DNA of 32,000 nt, from contig NZ_LT906458.1 in NCBI RefSeq assembly GCF_900187275.1, positions 1 through 32,000 on the forward strand, written 5' to 3'. Both the position numbers and the translations under genes were made by a program. How positions within the stretch are numbered: position 1 is the stretch's first letter; the number at the start of each line of letters is the position of its first letter. A model generated the notes under the pieces. The model was not told the origin of the DNA. It ran no database searches and saw only the letters and a list, made by a program, of their open reading frames with translations. Positions 1 through 11,083 of this stretch are shown here, piece after piece. Source of the stretch: Pasteurella multocida (GTDB taxonomy: Bacteria; Pseudomonadota; Gammaproteobacteria; Enterobacterales; Pasteurellaceae).

Positions 1-1356
1 ATGAAACCAGACCTATCTTCTCTTTGGCAAGAATGCCTTTTACAGCTTCAAGACCAGATTTCACTAACGGATTTTAGCACCTGGTTACGTCCTTTACAGG
101 CCGATTTTAGCGTACAAAATACGATTGTTTTGTATGCCTCTAATGTGTTTATTAAACAAAAAGTGGACGAAAGTTATTTGGCACAATTGACTAAAGTTGC
201 ACAAGAGCTCAGTGACAATGCTGAGTTAGTGGTACAGGTCAAAGTTGGGGTGAAACCTGAACCGAAGCCCGCGCAACCTTCTGCTTTGCCAACACATCAC
301 AATAAAGAAGAAAATAAACCGCAAACGGTTATTCGTTCTTATTTAAATCCCAAGCATGTGTTTGAAAATTTTGTGGAAGGTAAATCGAATCAACTTGCTC
401 GTGCAGTTGCACAAAAAGTGGCAGATAATCCTGGTGAACCGAGTTCCAATCCGCTTTTTCTGTATGGTGGTACAGGTTTAGGGAAAACCCATTTATTGCA
501 TGCTATTGGCAATGGTATTCTATCTCGTAATACAAATGCGAGAGTCCTATATATTCATGCTAATAATTTTATGCAACAAATGGTGAATGCGGTACGTGAT
601 AACAAAATGGATGAATTTAAAAAATTCTACCGCTCTTTAGATGCGCTGTTAGTGGATGATATTCAATTCTTTGCAGAAAAAGAAAAAACCCAAGAAGAGT
701 TTTTCCATATTTTCAATAATTTATTTGATACGGGACGTCAAATTATCCTGACATCGGATCGGTATCCAAAAGAAATTGAAAAACTGGAAGAGCGTCTGAA
801 ATCGCGTTTCGGTTGGGGATTAACTACCGCGATTGAGCCGCCTGAACTGGAAACGCGCGTAGCGATTTTATTAAAGAAAGCCGAAGAAAAGAACATTTAT
901 TTACCTGAAGAAGTGGCGTTTTTTATCGGACAAAAATTACGTACTAACGTGCGTGATCTTGAGGGCGCACTTAATCGAGTAAGTGCGAATGCGGAGTTTA
1001 TGGGGGCGGCGATTACAATTGATTTTGTACGCGAAACCTTAAAAGACATGTTGGCATTACAGGATAAATTGGTCACAGTAGAGAATATTCAAAAAGTGGT
1101 GGCTGAATATTATCGGATTAAAGTTTCGGATTTGAAAGGCAAGAGTCGCTCTCGATCGATTGCACGTCCACGCCAACTCGCGATGGCGTTGTCGAAAGAA
1201 TTGACAAATCGCAGTCTGCCAGAAATCGGGAAAAATTTTGGTGATAAAGATCATACAACGGTCTTGCATGCCTGTCGTAAAATTGCAGAATTGAGAGAAC
1301 AAGAACATTCTTTAGAAGAGGATTGGTCAAATTTAATCCGTACACTCTCTGTGTAA
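1..1356 (+). CDS. dnaA: Chromosomal replication initiator protein DnaA
   Basis: 451-aa ORF with Walker A ([10 protein letters not shown]), Walker B (ALLVDDIQF) and the C-terminal DNA-binding signature [13 protein letters not shown]; followed by dnaN and recF. Confidence 0.98.
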   Translation: MKPDLSSLWQECLLQLQDQISLTDFSTWLRPLQADFSVQNTIVLYASNVFIKQKVDESYLAQLTKVAQELSDNAELVVQVKVGVKPEPKPAQPSALPTHHNKEENKPQTVIRSYLNPKHVFENFVEGKSNQLARAVAQKVADNPGEPSSNPLFLYGGTGLGKTHLLHAIGNGILSRNTNARVLYIHANNFMQQMVNAVRDNKMDEFKKFYRSLDALLVDDIQFFAEKEKTQEEFFHIFNNLFDTGRQIILTSDRYPKEIEKLEERLKSRFGWGLTTAIEPPELETRVAILLKKAEEKNIYLPEEVAFFIGQKLRTNVRDLEGALNRVSANAEFMGAAITIDFVRETLKDMLALQDKLVTVENIQKVVAEYYRIKVSDLKGKSRSRSIARPRQLAMALSKELTNRSLPEIGKNFGDKDHTTVLHACRKIAELREQEHSLEEDWSNLIRTLSV

Positions 1357-1369
1357 AAAGGGGAAAAAT

Positions 1370-2470
1370 ATGCAGTTTATTGTTTCAAGAGAAAATTTAT
1401 TAAAGCCATTACAACAAGTGTGTGGGGTGCTAAGTAGCCGCCCAAATATTCCCGTATTAAATAATGTATTACTACAAATTCGTGGTGAGCGTTTAGTGAT
1501 TACCGGCACGGACTTAGAAGTTGAGCTCTCCACTGAAACTGCACTATTACGTACAGATGTGCAAGGTAGTTTTACTATTCCTGCCAAGAAATTTTTAGAT
1601 ATTTGCCGCAGTTTACCCGAAGAAGCGGAGATCTCAGTTAGTTTTGAAGAAGATCGTGCCATTGTGAAATCTGGTCGCAGTAAATTTAACTTGTCGACTT
1701 TACCAGCTGAAGAGTACCCAAATTTAACTGATTGGCAATCAGAGGTTGATTTTACTCTTGAACAAAGCACATTGCGTCGTCTGATTGAAGCCACGCAATT
1801 TTCCATGGCGAACCAAGACGCACGCTATTTCTTAAACGGCATGAAATTTGAAACAGAAGGGAATTTATTGCGTACTGTGGCAACGGATGGTCACCGTTTA
1901 GCCGTTTGTACCATTGCATTAGAACAAGACTTACAAACCCATTCAGTGATACTACCGCGCAAAGGGGTATTAGAGTTAGTCCGTTTACTCGAAAACACGG
2001 ATTTGCCCGCTCGTTTACAAATTGGTACGAATAACTTGCGTATTGATTTAGGCAATATTATTTTCACTTCAAAACTGATCGATGGTCGATTCCCAGATTA
2101 TCGTCGTGTCTTACCACGCAATGCAACACGTATTTTAGAAGCGGAATGGGATGTGTTAAAACAGGCGTTTGTGCGCGCGGCGATTTTATCTAATGAGCGT
2201 TTCCGTAGTGTTCGTTTACAGTTAAGTGAAAATCAATTAAAAATTACGGCAACCAATCCAGAACAAGAAGTGGCAGAAGAAATTATCGATGTTTCTTATG
2301 TGGGTGAAGAAATGGAAGTCGGCTTTAATGTAAGCTACATTTTAGATGTATTAAATGCGTTAAAATGTCAGCGAGTGCGTATGCGTCTGACCGATGCCTC
2401 GTCAAGTTGCTTAATTGAAGATTGTGACGATGCTAGCGCGGAATATGTCATTATGCCAATGCGTTTATAG
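1370..2470 (+). CDS. dnaN: DNA polymerase III subunit beta (sliding clamp)
   Basis: 366-aa ORF ([17 protein letters not shown]...EYVIMPMRL) typical of DnaN, downstream of dnaA. Confidence 0.98.
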   Translation: MQFIVSRENLLKPLQQVCGVLSSRPNIPVLNNVLLQIRGERLVITGTDLEVELSTETALLRTDVQGSFTIPAKKFLDICRSLPEEAEISVSFEEDRAIVKSGRSKFNLSTLPAEEYPNLTDWQSEVDFTLEQSTLRRLIEATQFSMANQDARYFLNGMKFETEGNLLRTVATDGHRLAVCTIALEQDLQTHSVILPRKGVLELVRLLENTDLPARLQIGTNNLRIDLGNIIFTSKLIDGRFPDYRRVLPRNATRILEAEWDVLKQAFVRAAILSNERFRSVRLQLSENQLKITATNPEQEVAEEIIDVSYVGEEMEVGFNVSYILDVLNALKCQRVRMRLTDASSSCLIEDCDDASAEYVIMPMRL

Positions 2471-2487
2471 TTTTCTTTGCACACTGT

Positions 2488-3564
2488 ATGGCAATTTCAC
2501 GTTTACTGATTGAAAACTTTCGTAACTTAACAGCCGTGGATCTCGAATTTGATCACGGCTTTAACTTTTTAGTGGGTAACAATGGCAGTGGCAAAACCAG
2601 CCTATTAGAAGCGATTTTTTATCTCGGGCATGGTCGCTCCTTCAAAAGTGCGGTCAGTAATCGCATTATTTCTTACGAACAACCGCATTTTATTTTACAC
2701 GCCAAAATTCAAGAACAAGCCCATCAATGGTCTGTTGGTTTACAGAAATTACGGCAAGGAAATTCAGTTGTAAAAATTAATGGTGAAGATGGCAATAAAA
2801 TTGCCGATCTTGCCCATTTGCTTCCTATGCAATTAATTACCCCTGAAGGCTTAACCTTGTTAAATGGTGGTCCCGTTTACCGTCGTGCTTTTTTGGACTG
2901 GGGACTTTTTCATCATCATAATCACTTTCATTTAGCTTGGATAAATTTAAATCGTTTATTAAAACAACGTAATGCGGCGTTACAACAAGCCACTCATTAT
3001 CAGGCGCTTGAAATCTGGGATCGTGAACTAGTGAAACTTGCGCATCAAGTCAGTGAATGGCGTGCACAATATGCAGAAGCATTGCGTCCTGAAATTGAAC
3101 AGACTTGCCGCTTATTTTTACCTGAATTAGAGATCAGTGTGAGCTTTCATCAAGGTTGGGAAAAAGACAGTGACTATGCTGACTTGTTAGTTCGCCATTT
3201 TGAACGCGATCGTGCAATAGGTTATACCGTGTCGGGACCACAAAAAGCAGACTTTCGCTTTAAAGCCAATGGCTTGCCAGTGGAAGATGTGCTTTCTCGT
3301 GGGCAGTTGAAGTTATTGATGTGTGCACTACGCCTTGCGCAAGGTGAACATTTAATGAAGCAGAAAGAACGACATTGTATTTTTCTGATTGATGATTTTG
3401 CTTCGGAACTGGATCAATATAAACGCGCTTTATTAGCTGAGCGTTTGAAACAAAGTGGCTCACAAGTGTTTGTCAGCGCGATTACAGAAACACAACTAAA
3501 GCAAATGCAACCACAACAACACCGCACTTTTCGGGTTGAAGAAGGTTGCATTGCACCGCTTTAA
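2488..3564 (+). CDS. recF: DNA replication/repair protein RecF
   Basis: 358-aa ORF with the SMC-like P-loop [14 protein letters not shown] and signature region [17 protein letters not shown]; third gene of dnaA-dnaN-recF. Confidence 0.97.
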   Translation: MAISRLLIENFRNLTAVDLEFDHGFNFLVGNNGSGKTSLLEAIFYLGHGRSFKSAVSNRIISYEQPHFILHAKIQEQAHQWSVGLQKLRQGNSVVKINGEDGNKIADLAHLLPMQLITPEGLTLLNGGPVYRRAFLDWGLFHHHNHFHLAWINLNRLLKQRNAALQQATHYQALEIWDRELVKLAHQVSEWRAQYAEALRPEIEQTCRLFLPELEISVSFHQGWEKDSDYADLLVRHFERDRAIGYTVSGPQKADFRFKANGLPVEDVLSRGQLKLLMCALRLAQGEHLMKQKERHCIFLIDDFASELDQYKRALLAERLKQSGSQVFVSAITETQLKQMQPQQHRTFRVEEGCIAPL

Positions 3565-3569
3565 ATGGC

Positions 3570-4328
3570 TTATTTTTGACTACAAACCGCAATAAAATTG
3601 AGCTTATTTTGTGGGTCATTAAAGGTTTTGAACATTTGTTTAAATTGTTCTCGATTTTCTGACTTAAGGGCATTTTTAATGATTCTAAAAGTGCCTAGAA
3701 CACCTTCGTCATAAAAGAGTCCTTTAGGGGAAAGTAAGGTCATTTCACCTGAATAAGCATCAATATTGCGGAAACCACATTCACTAAATAAACGTTTCCA
3801 GCCGTCTTTAGTTAATGGTGTAACTGTAACATTAATGACATCGCGTAATTTTTCCAAGATCTGTTGATGATCTTCTCCGACTAACATCACATCATGTGTG
3901 AGTAGAAAGCCGTTGGGCTTTAACACACGCCAATATTCTGTAATAGCTTTCTTTTTCGCTTCAATTGGCAACATGGTTAGCATGGCTTCATTAATCACAA
4001 TATCAAAGCTGTTATCTGCAAAAGGTAATTTCATCGCATTGGCACGTTGCACATGAATCAAATCTTGTAAACCTTCATTACAGATATTTTGCTTTGCTTT
4101 CTCTAGTGCGCTTTCATCTAAGTCAACCCCTTCAATCTGGCAACCGTATTGTTTGGCTAAGGCAATAGCCGTCGTTCCCATATTACAGGCGACCTCAAGT
4201 ACCTTTTTATTCACATGAAAATCACCATTGGCAATTAACCAATCTGTCGCGATTTTACCACCCGGGCGTAAGCGTGTTTTGCCTAAACGTGCTAAAAAAT
4301 TGTGTCCAACTTCTGTTTTACCCATCAT
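3570..4328 (-). CDS. Class I SAM-dependent methyltransferase, substrate unknown
   Basis: 252-aa ORF with SAM-binding motif VLEVACNMGTTAIALAKQYG, acidic GVDLDE motif, and FDIVINEAML/RVLKPNGFLL motifs. Confidence 0.85.
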   Translation of the reverse strand: MMGKTEVGHNFLARLGKTRLRPGGKIATDWLIANGDFHVNKKVLEVACNMGTTAIALAKQYGCQIEGVDLDESALEKAKQNICNEGLQDLIHVQRANAMKLPFADNSFDIVINEAMLTMLPIEAKKKAITEYWRVLKPNGFLLTHDVMLVGEDHQQILEKLRDVINVTVTPLTKDGWKRLFSECGFRNIDAYSGEMTLLSPKGLFYDEGVLGTFRIIKNALKSENREQFKQMFKTFNDPQNKLNFIAVCSQK

Positions 4329-4413
4329 GTACTCCTCAATGTGTTGAATTGATTTTAGCTTACCATGTTCAAATCAAAATAAGAATGAGAATTAACAGGT
4401 CATTTGAATATAA

Positions 4414-4440
4414 AAAATGCGATCAAATGGATCGCATTTT
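4414..4440 (-). terminator. Intrinsic terminator downstream of crp
   Basis: AAAATGCGATC-AAATG-GATCGCATTTT: 11-bp perfect inverted repeat with A/T tracts, just past the crp stop codon. Confidence 0.75.
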
Positions 4441-4456
4441 AGCAGAGAACCGGGGG

Positions 4457-5098
4457 TTATCTTGTACCGTAAACGACAATGGTTTTACCATGTGCAGAGA
4501 TTAAATGCTGATCTTCTAACATTTTGAGGATTCGTCCTACCGTTTCACGCGAACATCCCACCATTTGCCCAATTTCTTGGCGCGTGATTTTAATTTGCAT
4601 CCCATCTGGATGGGTCATGGCTTCTGGCATTTTAGCCAGATTTAATAAGGTTTGTGCGATACGCCCCGTCACATCTAAAAAGGCTAGATTACTTACTTGT
4701 CTTGACGTATTTTGTAAGCGACGTGCTAGCTGAGCTGATAAATGCATTAAAATATCTGGGTTGACCTGAATTAATTGACGAAATTTTTTATAAGAAATTT
4801 CGGCAATTTCACATGGGCTTTTTGCCTTAATCCAAGCTGAACGTAATTGTCCCTCTTCGAAAAGACCAGCCTCACCAAAAAAATCACCTTGACTTAAATA
4901 AGTCAAAATCATTTCTTTGCCATCTTCATCTTTGACTAAGACTGCAACGGAACCTTTAATCAGATAATACAGCGTCTCGGCTTTTTCACCTGCATGAATC
5001 AATGTACTTTTGGAAGGATATTTGTGAATATGGCAGTGAGATAGAAACCACTCTAACGTAGGATCTATCGATGGTGTAGTTTGCATTTGTTCTTGCAC
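4457..5098 (-). CDS. crp: cAMP receptor protein (CRP)
   Basis: 213-aa ORF near-identical in many blocks to E. coli CRP: [105 protein letters not shown]. Confidence 0.97.
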   Translation of the reverse strand: MQEQMQTTPSIDPTLEWFLSHCHIHKYPSKSTLIHAGEKAETLYYLIKGSVAVLVKDEDGKEMILTYLSQGDFFGEAGLFEEGQLRSAWIKAKSPCEIAEISYKKFRQLIQVNPDILMHLSAQLARRLQNTSRQVSNLAFLDVTGRIAQTLLNLAKMPEAMTHPDGMQIKITRQEIGQMVGCSRETVGRILKMLEDQHLISAHGKTIVVYGTR

Positions 5099-5137
5099 GG
5101 AAGACCTCCATAAACTAATTTTTCCGACAAAGTAGAA

Positions 5138-5356
5138 TCATTTTAACAAGTCCATTTTGTCTTTTATATCAATTGATTCGTGCAGTTCAGACCAAACTAT
5201 CACGACAGTACCTTGTTGAATTTGAGAAAGTAAAGCTTGTTTTTTTTGTTCTAAGGAAAGCTCACATTGACCATAGTCTGTCCCTTCTCTTAAAATGAAA
5301 CTCTCCACAATATTGTTTAACGTTTCTTCTTCCAATTCTTGCCAAGGAATGATCAT
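5138..5356 (-). CDS. yheU: YheU family protein (UPF0270)
   Basis: 72-aa [32 protein letters not shown]...[11 protein letters not shown] resembles E. coli YheU, which also lies near crp. Confidence 0.85.
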   Translation of the reverse strand: MIIPWQELEEETLNNIVESFILREGTDYGQCELSLEQKKQALLSQIQQGTVVIVWSELHESIDIKDKMDLLK

Positions 5357-5377
5357 ATTCTTACCTAAATTCAGATT

Positions 5378-5977
5378 TTATGCAAATAACCTTTCAAGCA
5401 ATCGCCATTGTTGCTCAAAACTTTGTTGTGTGGAATGGCGGAAATTGGAACGGACATAACGCATAAAGTGCCCTTCACACAGGTTCACCAGATGTGCCGC
5501 GATAACGCGCTCTTCATAGTCAAAACCTTTTCCTTCACGTAATTTTCGCATTTGTAAGATGTTGATGAATTGTAACTCAAGGCGATCAAAAAATTGGGCG
5601 ACGCGTGCTTGTAATTGCGGTTCTTCAAACATTAAGGCGTGTCCCGTTAAAATACGAGTTAAGCCGGGATTTTTGCGCGCAAAATCTAACACCATTTGCA
5701 TAATATTATGAACACGCGCGGCAGTATGGGTCTCATTTTTAACGGATTGCGTAATACGTGTGAATAAATGTGCTTCCAGATTATCAATCAAGGCTTCAAA
5801 CATTTTGGTTTTACTTGGATAGTAACGATAAAGCGCGGCTTCTGAAACACCTACTTCGGCAGCAATGCGAGCTGTTGTCATACGTTCCATTCCCCGTTCC
5901 GAATGCAACATATGTGTCAGAACGGTCAGCACTTGCTGACGGCGTTCTTTCAGACTGCGTTTTACTGGTTTTTGCAT
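5378..5977 (-). CDS. slmA: Nucleoid occlusion factor SlmA (TetR fold)
   Basis: 199-aa ORF with [35 protein letters not shown] and SlmA-like body (LARFTRITQ..., [12 protein letters not shown]); adjacent to dut and coaBC as in other gammaproteobacteria. Confidence 0.93.
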   Translation of the reverse strand: MQKPVKRSLKERRQQVLTVLTHMLHSERGMERMTTARIAAEVGVSEAALYRYYPSKTKMFEALIDNLEAHLFTRITQSVKNETHTAARVHNIMQMVLDFARKNPGLTRILTGHALMFEEPQLQARVAQFFDRLELQFINILQMRKLREGKGFDYEERVIAAHLVNLCEGHFMRYVRSNFRHSTQQSFEQQWRLLERLFA

Positions 5978-5980
5978 AGC

Positions 5981-6436
5981 TTATTGTTTACCCGAATGTC
6001 CAAATCCACCTTCACCACGCTCAGTTTGTGCAAAATCACTGACGACATTAAACTCAGCTTGCACGACAGGCACAAACACTAATTGGGCAATACGATCACC
6101 TACTTCCACTTTAAATGGCTCAGTGCTACGGTTCCACAGCGAAACCATTAATGGACCTTGATAATCCGAGTCAATTAAACCGACTAAATTACCTAAAACG
6201 ATGCCATGTTTATGACCTAAACCTGAACGAGGCAAAATAACGGCCGCCAGCGTAGGATCGGCAATATAAAGAGATAAACCTGTTGGAATTAACACGGTTT
6301 GTCCCGCTTCTACAGTCATTGGCACATCAATTAATGCTCTTAAATCTAAGCCCGCGGACCCTTCGGTTGCATATGTTGGCAAAGGGAATTCTGTTCCAAT
6401 ACGTTGATCGAGAATTTTGACATCAATTTTTTTCAT
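5981..6436 (-). CDS. dut: Deoxyuridine 5'-triphosphate nucleotidohydrolase
   Basis: 151-aa ORF with dUTPase motifs [55 protein letters not shown] and C-terminal [10 protein letters not shown]. Confidence 0.97.
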   Translation of the reverse strand: MKKIDVKILDQRIGTEFPLPTYATEGSAGLDLRALIDVPMTVEAGQTVLIPTGLSLYIADPTLAAVILPRSGLGHKHGIVLGNLVGLIDSDYQGPLMVSLWNRSTEPFKVEVGDRIAQLVFVPVVQAEFNVVSDFAQTERGEGGFGHSGKQ

Positions 6437-6451
6437 TCTTTGTCCTATTGT

Positions 6452-7654
6452 TTAAGATTGGCGGTAACGCGCAATAATTTGATTAACTAATTGTTTGGCT
6501 AATGTTTTTTTACTCTCTAATGCTAATTTTGTGCTGCCATTGTGCCAAAAGAGATGCAGGCTATTTTGGTCTTGCCCGAAGACTTGTCCATCTGATACAT
6601 CATTCGCACAAATCATATCCAGCTTTTTACGTTGTCGTTTGTCTTGTGCGTACTGCTCAACATGTTGGGTTTCCGCTGCGAAACCTACCGTAAATGGACG
6701 TTGTACCGCTAAATGCCCAACATCTGCAATGATGTCAGGATTTTTAACTAATGTCAGGTTGATTTCATCTCCTGCTTTTTTGATTTTTTGCGTCGCGATC
6801 TCAGCAACGCGATAATCTGCTACGGCAGCACAGCCAATAAATATCTGATTTTCGACCGCACTTTTGAGCGCTTGCTGATGCATGTCTTGAGCAGAGATGA
6901 CATTGATGCGCTGGACTTTCTCGGGTGTCGCTAAATTAACCGGACCTGAGATTAACGTGACTGTTGCTCCACGTTCAGCAAAGGCTTCGGCAATCGCAAA
7001 GCCCATTTTTCCAGAACTGTGATTACTAATATAACGAACTGGATCAATGGCTTCTTGCGTTGGACCTGCGGTAATCGCCACTTTTAGTCCCACTAAATCT
7101 TGTTGAGTATGGAATAACTCACAAAGTGCGGTATAAATTTCAGAAGGTTCAGACATACGTCCTAAACCAACATCCCCACAAGCTTGCTCGCCTGTATTGG
7201 GACCGACAACATGGTAACCACGTTGAACTAGAGCACTCAGATTTTGCTGCGTTATCGCTTGAGCAAACATTTGCTGATTCATCGCTGGAGCGAGTAAAAG
7301 GGGGGCTTTGGTTGCTAAACAAAGAGTAGAAAGCAGATCATTTGCCATACCAACGGTTAAACGGGCGAGAAAATCTGCACTTGCTGGCGCAATCACAATG
7401 GCTTCTGCCCATTTGGCTAATTCAATGTGTCCCATCGCTAATTCAGCTTGGGGATCCAAGAGAGACTGAGCCACGGCATTGCCTGAGATGGCTTGTAACG
7501 TTAAAGGAGTAACGAATTCTGCAGCAGCCGGAGTGAGCACTACGCGTACATCAGCCTGATTTTTGCGTAATAAGCGGATTAATTCGATGGATTTATAAGC
7601 AGCAATGCCACCAGTAATACCGACGACGATACGTTTTGATTGAAGGGGTTGCAT
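6452..7654 (-). CDS. coaBC: Bifunctional phosphopantothenoylcysteine decarboxylase / phosphopantothenate-cysteine ligase
   Basis: 400-aa ORF with [38 protein letters not shown] and [22 protein letters not shown] motifs. Confidence 0.96.
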   Translation of the reverse strand: MQPLQSKRIVVGITGGIAAYKSIELIRLLRKNQADVRVVLTPAAAEFVTPLTLQAISGNAVAQSLLDPQAELAMGHIELAKWAEAIVIAPASADFLARLTVGMANDLLSTLCLATKAPLLLAPAMNQQMFAQAITQQNLSALVQRGYHVVGPNTGEQACGDVGLGRMSEPSEIYTALCELFHTQQDLVGLKVAITAGPTQEAIDPVRYISNHSSGKMGFAIAEAFAERGATVTLISGPVNLATPEKVQRINVISAQDMHQQALKSAVENQIFIGCAAVADYRVAEIATQKIKKAGDEINLTLVKNPDIIADVGHLAVQRPFTVGFAAETQHVEQYAQDKRQRKKLDMICANDVSDGQVFGQDQNSLHLFWHNGSTKLALESKKTLAKQLVNQIIARYRQS

Positions 7655-7737
7655 GATGAATCCTCGCGCTTAATTCTTATTCAAATCAACAAAAGCCTTA
7701 TTTTACTGTAATTTTTGCCAAGAAAGAATGGTATTTT

Positions 7738-7753
7738 TGCGATCTTATTTCCA
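7738..7753 (+). promoter_or_regulatory. Possible CRP-S type (competence-regulon) site upstream of radC
   Basis: TTTTTGCGA-TCTTAT-TTCCA: perfect left half TGCGA with a degraded right half (TTCCA instead of TCGCA), about 80 nt before the radC start. Confidence 0.35.
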
Positions 7754-7832
7754 GAGTCGTGTGTGATCGTTTTCCTTGATAAGCGATATCAGTAATTTTA
7801 ATGCGTTATGTGATAACTAAGAGGATGATATC

Positions 7833-8507
7833 ATGCAGAATCAAGTAGAAAGCCTGAGTTTGATGCCACGTGAAAAATTATTGCGTTTTGGTGCACCGGC
7901 TTTAACTGATGAAGAATTGCTAGCGATTTTTTTAAGAACAGGGATAAAAGGCTGCTCCGTTATGCAACTTTCGCGACACGTTTTACAGCATTTCCATTCA
8001 TTAAGAGGATTAATGTCAGCCACACAAACTGAGTTTTGTCAGCTGAAAGGATTAGGGATAACGCAATTTATTCAATTACAAGCCTGTACTGAAATGAGTA
8101 AACGCTATCTACAAGAAGAATTAAAATTAACACAAGCATTTAAGAATTCTGAAAATGTGCGATTTTATTTACAAGCGACATTGGAAAATAAGGAACGAGA
8201 AATTTTTCAGGTCCTTTTTTTAGATAATCAGCATCGCTTGATTAAACAAGAAGAAATGTTTTTAGGGACGATTAATTGTACAACGATTCACCCGAGAGAA
8301 ATTATAAAAAGTGCACTTTTTTGTAATGCGGCGGCGTTAATTTTAGCTCACAATCACCCTTCTGGAAACCCCGAACCAAGTGCCTCGGATAAAATGGTTA
8401 CCACAAAAATCCAAGCAGCTGCTGAGTTAGTTGAAATCCGAATTTTGGATCATTTTGTGATAGGGAAAGGCTGTTACTATTCGTTTGCAGAAAATAGACT
8501 CCTATAA
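7833..8507 (+). CDS. radC: RadC family (JAMM/MPN domain) protein
   Basis: 224-aa ORF with JAMM motif ALILAHNHPSGNPEPSASD and RadC-type N-terminal region. Confidence 0.95.
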   Translation: MQNQVESLSLMPREKLLRFGAPALTDEELLAIFLRTGIKGCSVMQLSRHVLQHFHSLRGLMSATQTEFCQLKGLGITQFIQLQACTEMSKRYLQEELKLTQAFKNSENVRFYLQATLENKEREIFQVLFLDNQHRLIKQEEMFLGTINCTTIHPREIIKSALFCNAAALILAHNHPSGNPEPSASDKMVTTKIQAAAELVEIRILDHFVIGKGCYYSFAENRLL

Positions 8508-8577
8508 GGTTTTTTGTTACCATTCAATTCCTTGGCGAAAATTTTTACATTTATTTGTTGAAATGTGGTATTTAGGC

Positions 8578-8606
8578 TTGAGAATAAAAGATAAAGTGAG
8601 TATAAT
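8578..8606 (+). promoter_or_regulatory. Predicted sigma-70 promoter for rpmB-rpmG(-mutM)
   Basis: TTGAGA - 17 nt - TATAAT; long leader (about 135 nt) before the rpmB ATG at 8749. Confidence 0.75.
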
Positions 8607-8711
8607 TCACCACCTTTAATATAGTATGCGGGTCGGTTACAGCGACCTGACGAGGTTGCGTTTAAAACGCATAAAGTCGATATTGACACCGTTTTAATGT
8701 AATCCGAACCC

Positions 8712-8725
8712 TAAGCTCGAGCTTA
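8712..8725. repeat. 14-bp perfect palindrome in the rpmB leader
   Basis: TAAGCTCGAGCTTA, 23 nt before the rpmB start codon. Confidence 0.8.
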
Positions 8726-8748
8726 TATTTGATTTATTGGAGATTAAT

Positions 8749-8985
8749 ATGTCTAGAGTCTGTCAAGTAACAGGCAAGCGTCCAGCAGTTGGTAACAACC
8801 GTTCACACGCAATGAACGCGACTAAGCGTCGTTTTCTACCAAACCTTCACACTCACCGTTTCTGGGTTGAGAGCGAAAAACGTTTCGTAACTTTACGCTT
8901 AACAGCGAAAGGTATGCGTATTATCGATAAAAAAGGCATTGATGCAGTTTTAGCTGATATCCGTGCTCGTGGCGAGAAAATCTAA
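8749..8985 (+). CDS. rpmB: 50S ribosomal protein L28 (bL28)
   Basis: [39 protein letters not shown]... The ORF track start at 8737 is an upstream TTG; the ATG at 8749 is the canonical start. Confidence 0.97.
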   Translation: MSRVCQVTGKRPAVGNNRSHAMNATKRRFLPNLHTHRFWVESEKRFVTLRLTAKGMRIIDKKGIDAVLADIRARGEKI

Positions 8986-8996
8986 GGAGCTAAAAC

Positions 8997-9167
8997 ATGG
9001 CAGCTAAAGGACCTCGTGAGAAAATCAAATTAGTTTCAACTGCAGAAACTGGTCATTTTTACACTACAACAAAAAACAAACGTAATATGCCTGAAAAAAT
9101 GGAAATCAAAAAATACGATCCAGTTGTGCGTAAACACGTTGTTTATAAAGAAGCTAAAATCAAATAA
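8997..9167 (+). CDS. rpmG: 50S ribosomal protein L33 (bL33), not listed in the ORF track
   Basis: Translated by hand: [56 protein letters not shown], 56 aa; RBS AAGGAG upstream; follows rpmB. Confidence 0.96.
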
Positions 9168-9183
9168 TTTTAGTCCTATTTTG

Positions 9184-9210
9184 AAAAACCCGACATTGTT
9201 CGGGTTTTTT
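9184..9210 (+). terminator. Intrinsic terminator after rpmG
   Basis: AAAAACCCGA-CATTGT-TCGGGTTTTTT inverted repeat with T tract. Confidence 0.8.
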
Positions 9211-9234
9211 TATAACAGAAATTTGAGGAACGCC

Positions 9235-10047
9235 ATGCCAGAATTACCTGAAGTTGAAACCACAAAAAATGGAATTAGCCCTTATCTTGAAGGGGCTATC
9301 ATTGAAAAAATTGTTGTTCGCCAACCGAAATTACGCTGGATGGTAAGCGAAGAATTAGCGCAAATTACACAACAAAAAGTCATCGCATTAAGTCGCCGTG
9401 CGAAGTATTTAATTATCCAACTTGAAACAGGCTATATGATTGGACATTTAGGGATGTCAGGGTCATTGAGAGTTGTGGAGAAAGAGGATCTTATTGATAA
9501 ACATGATCATCTTGATATCGTAGTGAATAACGGAAAAGTTGTGCGTTATAACGATCCTCGTCGTTTTGGCGCGTGGTTATGGACAGAGAAGTTGGACGAA
9601 TTTCCTCTTTTTCTGAAATTAGGTCCAGAGCCTCTGTCTGAGGAATTTGATTCTGATTACTTGTGGCAAAAAAGTCGTAAAAAACAGACCGCACTTAAAA
9701 CTTTTTTAATGGATAATGCTGTCGTCGTTGGCGTTGGGAATATCTATGCGAATGAAACGTTATTTCTTTGTAACCTACATCCGCAAAAAACAGCAGGGAG
9801 TTTAACTAAGGCACAATGTGGGCAGTTAGTAGAACAAATAAAACAAGTGCTGTCTAACGCAATCCAACAAGGTGGTACGACGCTAAAAGATTTTCTCCAA
9901 CCGGATGGACGTCCAGGCTATTTTGTCCAAGAATTGCGGGTTTATGGTAATAAGGATAAGCCTTGTCCAACATGTGGCACAAAAATAGAAAGTTTAGTGA
10001 TAGGGCAACGAAATAGTTTCTATTGCCCCAAGTGTCAGAAGAGATAA
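9235..10047 (+). CDS. mutM: Formamidopyrimidine-DNA glycosylase
   Basis: [20 protein letters not shown]... with C-terminal zinc finger [25 protein letters not shown]. The ORF track start (9124) extends back through the rpmG end and the terminator; the ATG at 9235 gives the canonical PELPEVE N-terminus. Confidence 0.96.
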   Translation: MPELPEVETTKNGISPYLEGAIIEKIVVRQPKLRWMVSEELAQITQQKVIALSRRAKYLIIQLETGYMIGHLGMSGSLRVVEKEDLIDKHDHLDIVVNNGKVVRYNDPRRFGAWLWTEKLDEFPLFLKLGPEPLSEEFDSDYLWQKSRKKQTALKTFLMDNAVVVGVGNIYANETLFLCNLHPQKTAGSLTKAQCGQLVEQIKQVLSNAIQQGGTTLKDFLQPDGRPGYFVQELRVYGNKDKPCPTCGTKIESLVIGQRNSFYCPKCQKR

Positions 10048-10049
10048 GA

Positions 10050-11081
10050 CTATTTGATAAGCCATGCTGGGTCAATTTGTTCAGGCGAGAGCTCATTAAT
10101 ATTTTCTTTATAGAAAAGTATGTGCGTTTCTGCCTGACTTTTGGGTTGCCAATGTGTAAACGCAATAGGATCTTCTTTATAAATACCAATAATTGGCTTA
10201 TTAAAACCTGAAGCAATATGTACAGTAGACGTGTCTGTAGAGATTAATTGATCACAGTGGCGAATCAATTCAATGGTATGAAAGATCTTGGTTGTTGGAT
10301 GGACAAAAATATGCGGATAATCGGCTGACAATTGTGTTAATTTCTCTGTTACTTCAGGATAGCTTAATAGCACCAGACTTTTTCGCCCGCTGACTTGCGT
10401 GAGATAATCTAAATATTTTTTGATGTTGTCATCGTTTACTTTTTTGATTCTTGCAGCACCATAAAAATTAATAGCAATATACTTTTCTAGTTGGTTTTTC
10501 TGTAAAAATTCAGAAATTTCGACCGCACTTTGCTCATCAAATGGGACGTCATAGCTTATATCTTGTACCGTAATATTCACTTTTTCTAAGGCGAGTTTAT
10601 AGAGTTCAGAAAAGTGAAATTGTCCCTCCAGATTAATATTAAATAAACCATAATTGGCTTTTTGATAGCCAATATAATTCTTGGCATTGATTAAGCGTAA
10701 AAGTAAAAGATCGCGATTACGAATCATAATCGTCGGATCAATCACTAAATCATATTGTTCTTTTTGAATTGCTAGACCACATTTGATGTAATCCAAAATA
10801 CTTTTCTTTTTTACATAGTAAAGTTGATCGATATATGGATTTTGTTTAAAAAGATAAGCATTTTGTTTGGTACAAATTACACCAATTTTAATGTGGGGAT
10901 TAAATTTTTTTATCTCACGGAATACAAATGAGCTCACCACATAATCCCCAATTTTTCCATCTTGGCGGAGGAAGAGGATGCTTCTAGGAACATTTGTTAT
11001 TCTGTTTAATCCGTTTTTTTTATCAAGGAAATATTTGCCTAGATCCAACCTTAACATTTGTAATTTATTTTTTAATTTCAT
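10050..11081 (-). CDS. Glycosyltransferase family 9 (LPS heptosyltransferase-like)
   Basis: 343-aa ORF with ADP-heptose transferase-type features: ILFLRQDGKIGDYVVSSFVFREIKK, QLISTDTSTVHIASGFNKPIIGIY. Confidence 0.85.
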   Translation of the reverse strand: MKLKNKLQMLRLDLGKYFLDKKNGLNRITNVPRSILFLRQDGKIGDYVVSSFVFREIKKFNPHIKIGVICTKQNAYLFKQNPYIDQLYYVKKKSILDYIKCGLAIQKEQYDLVIDPTIMIRNRDLLLLRLINAKNYIGYQKANYGLFNINLEGQFHFSELYKLALEKVNITVQDISYDVPFDEQSAVEISEFLQKNQLEKYIAINFYGAARIKKVNDDNIKKYLDYLTQVSGRKSLVLLSYPEVTEKLTQLSADYPHIFVHPTTKIFHTIELIRHCDQLISTDTSTVHIASGFNKPIIGIYKEDPIAFTHWQPKSQAETHILFYKENINELSPEQIDPAWLIK

Positions 11082-11083
11082 TG

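Noticed and set aside
1-1369. Chromosomal origin next to dnaA
   Set aside because: No TTATCCACA-type DnaA box cluster seen in the visible dnaA-dnaN region; the sequence upstream of dnaA is outside the window, so oriC cannot be judged.
4274-4504. 76-aa plus-strand ORF between the methyltransferase and crp
   Set aside because: Reads through the crp terminator hairpin and overlaps both flanking genes antisense.
8477-8689. 70-aa minus-strand ORF between radC and rpmB
   Set aside because: Overlaps the radC end and the predicted rpmB promoter and leader; no family resemblance.
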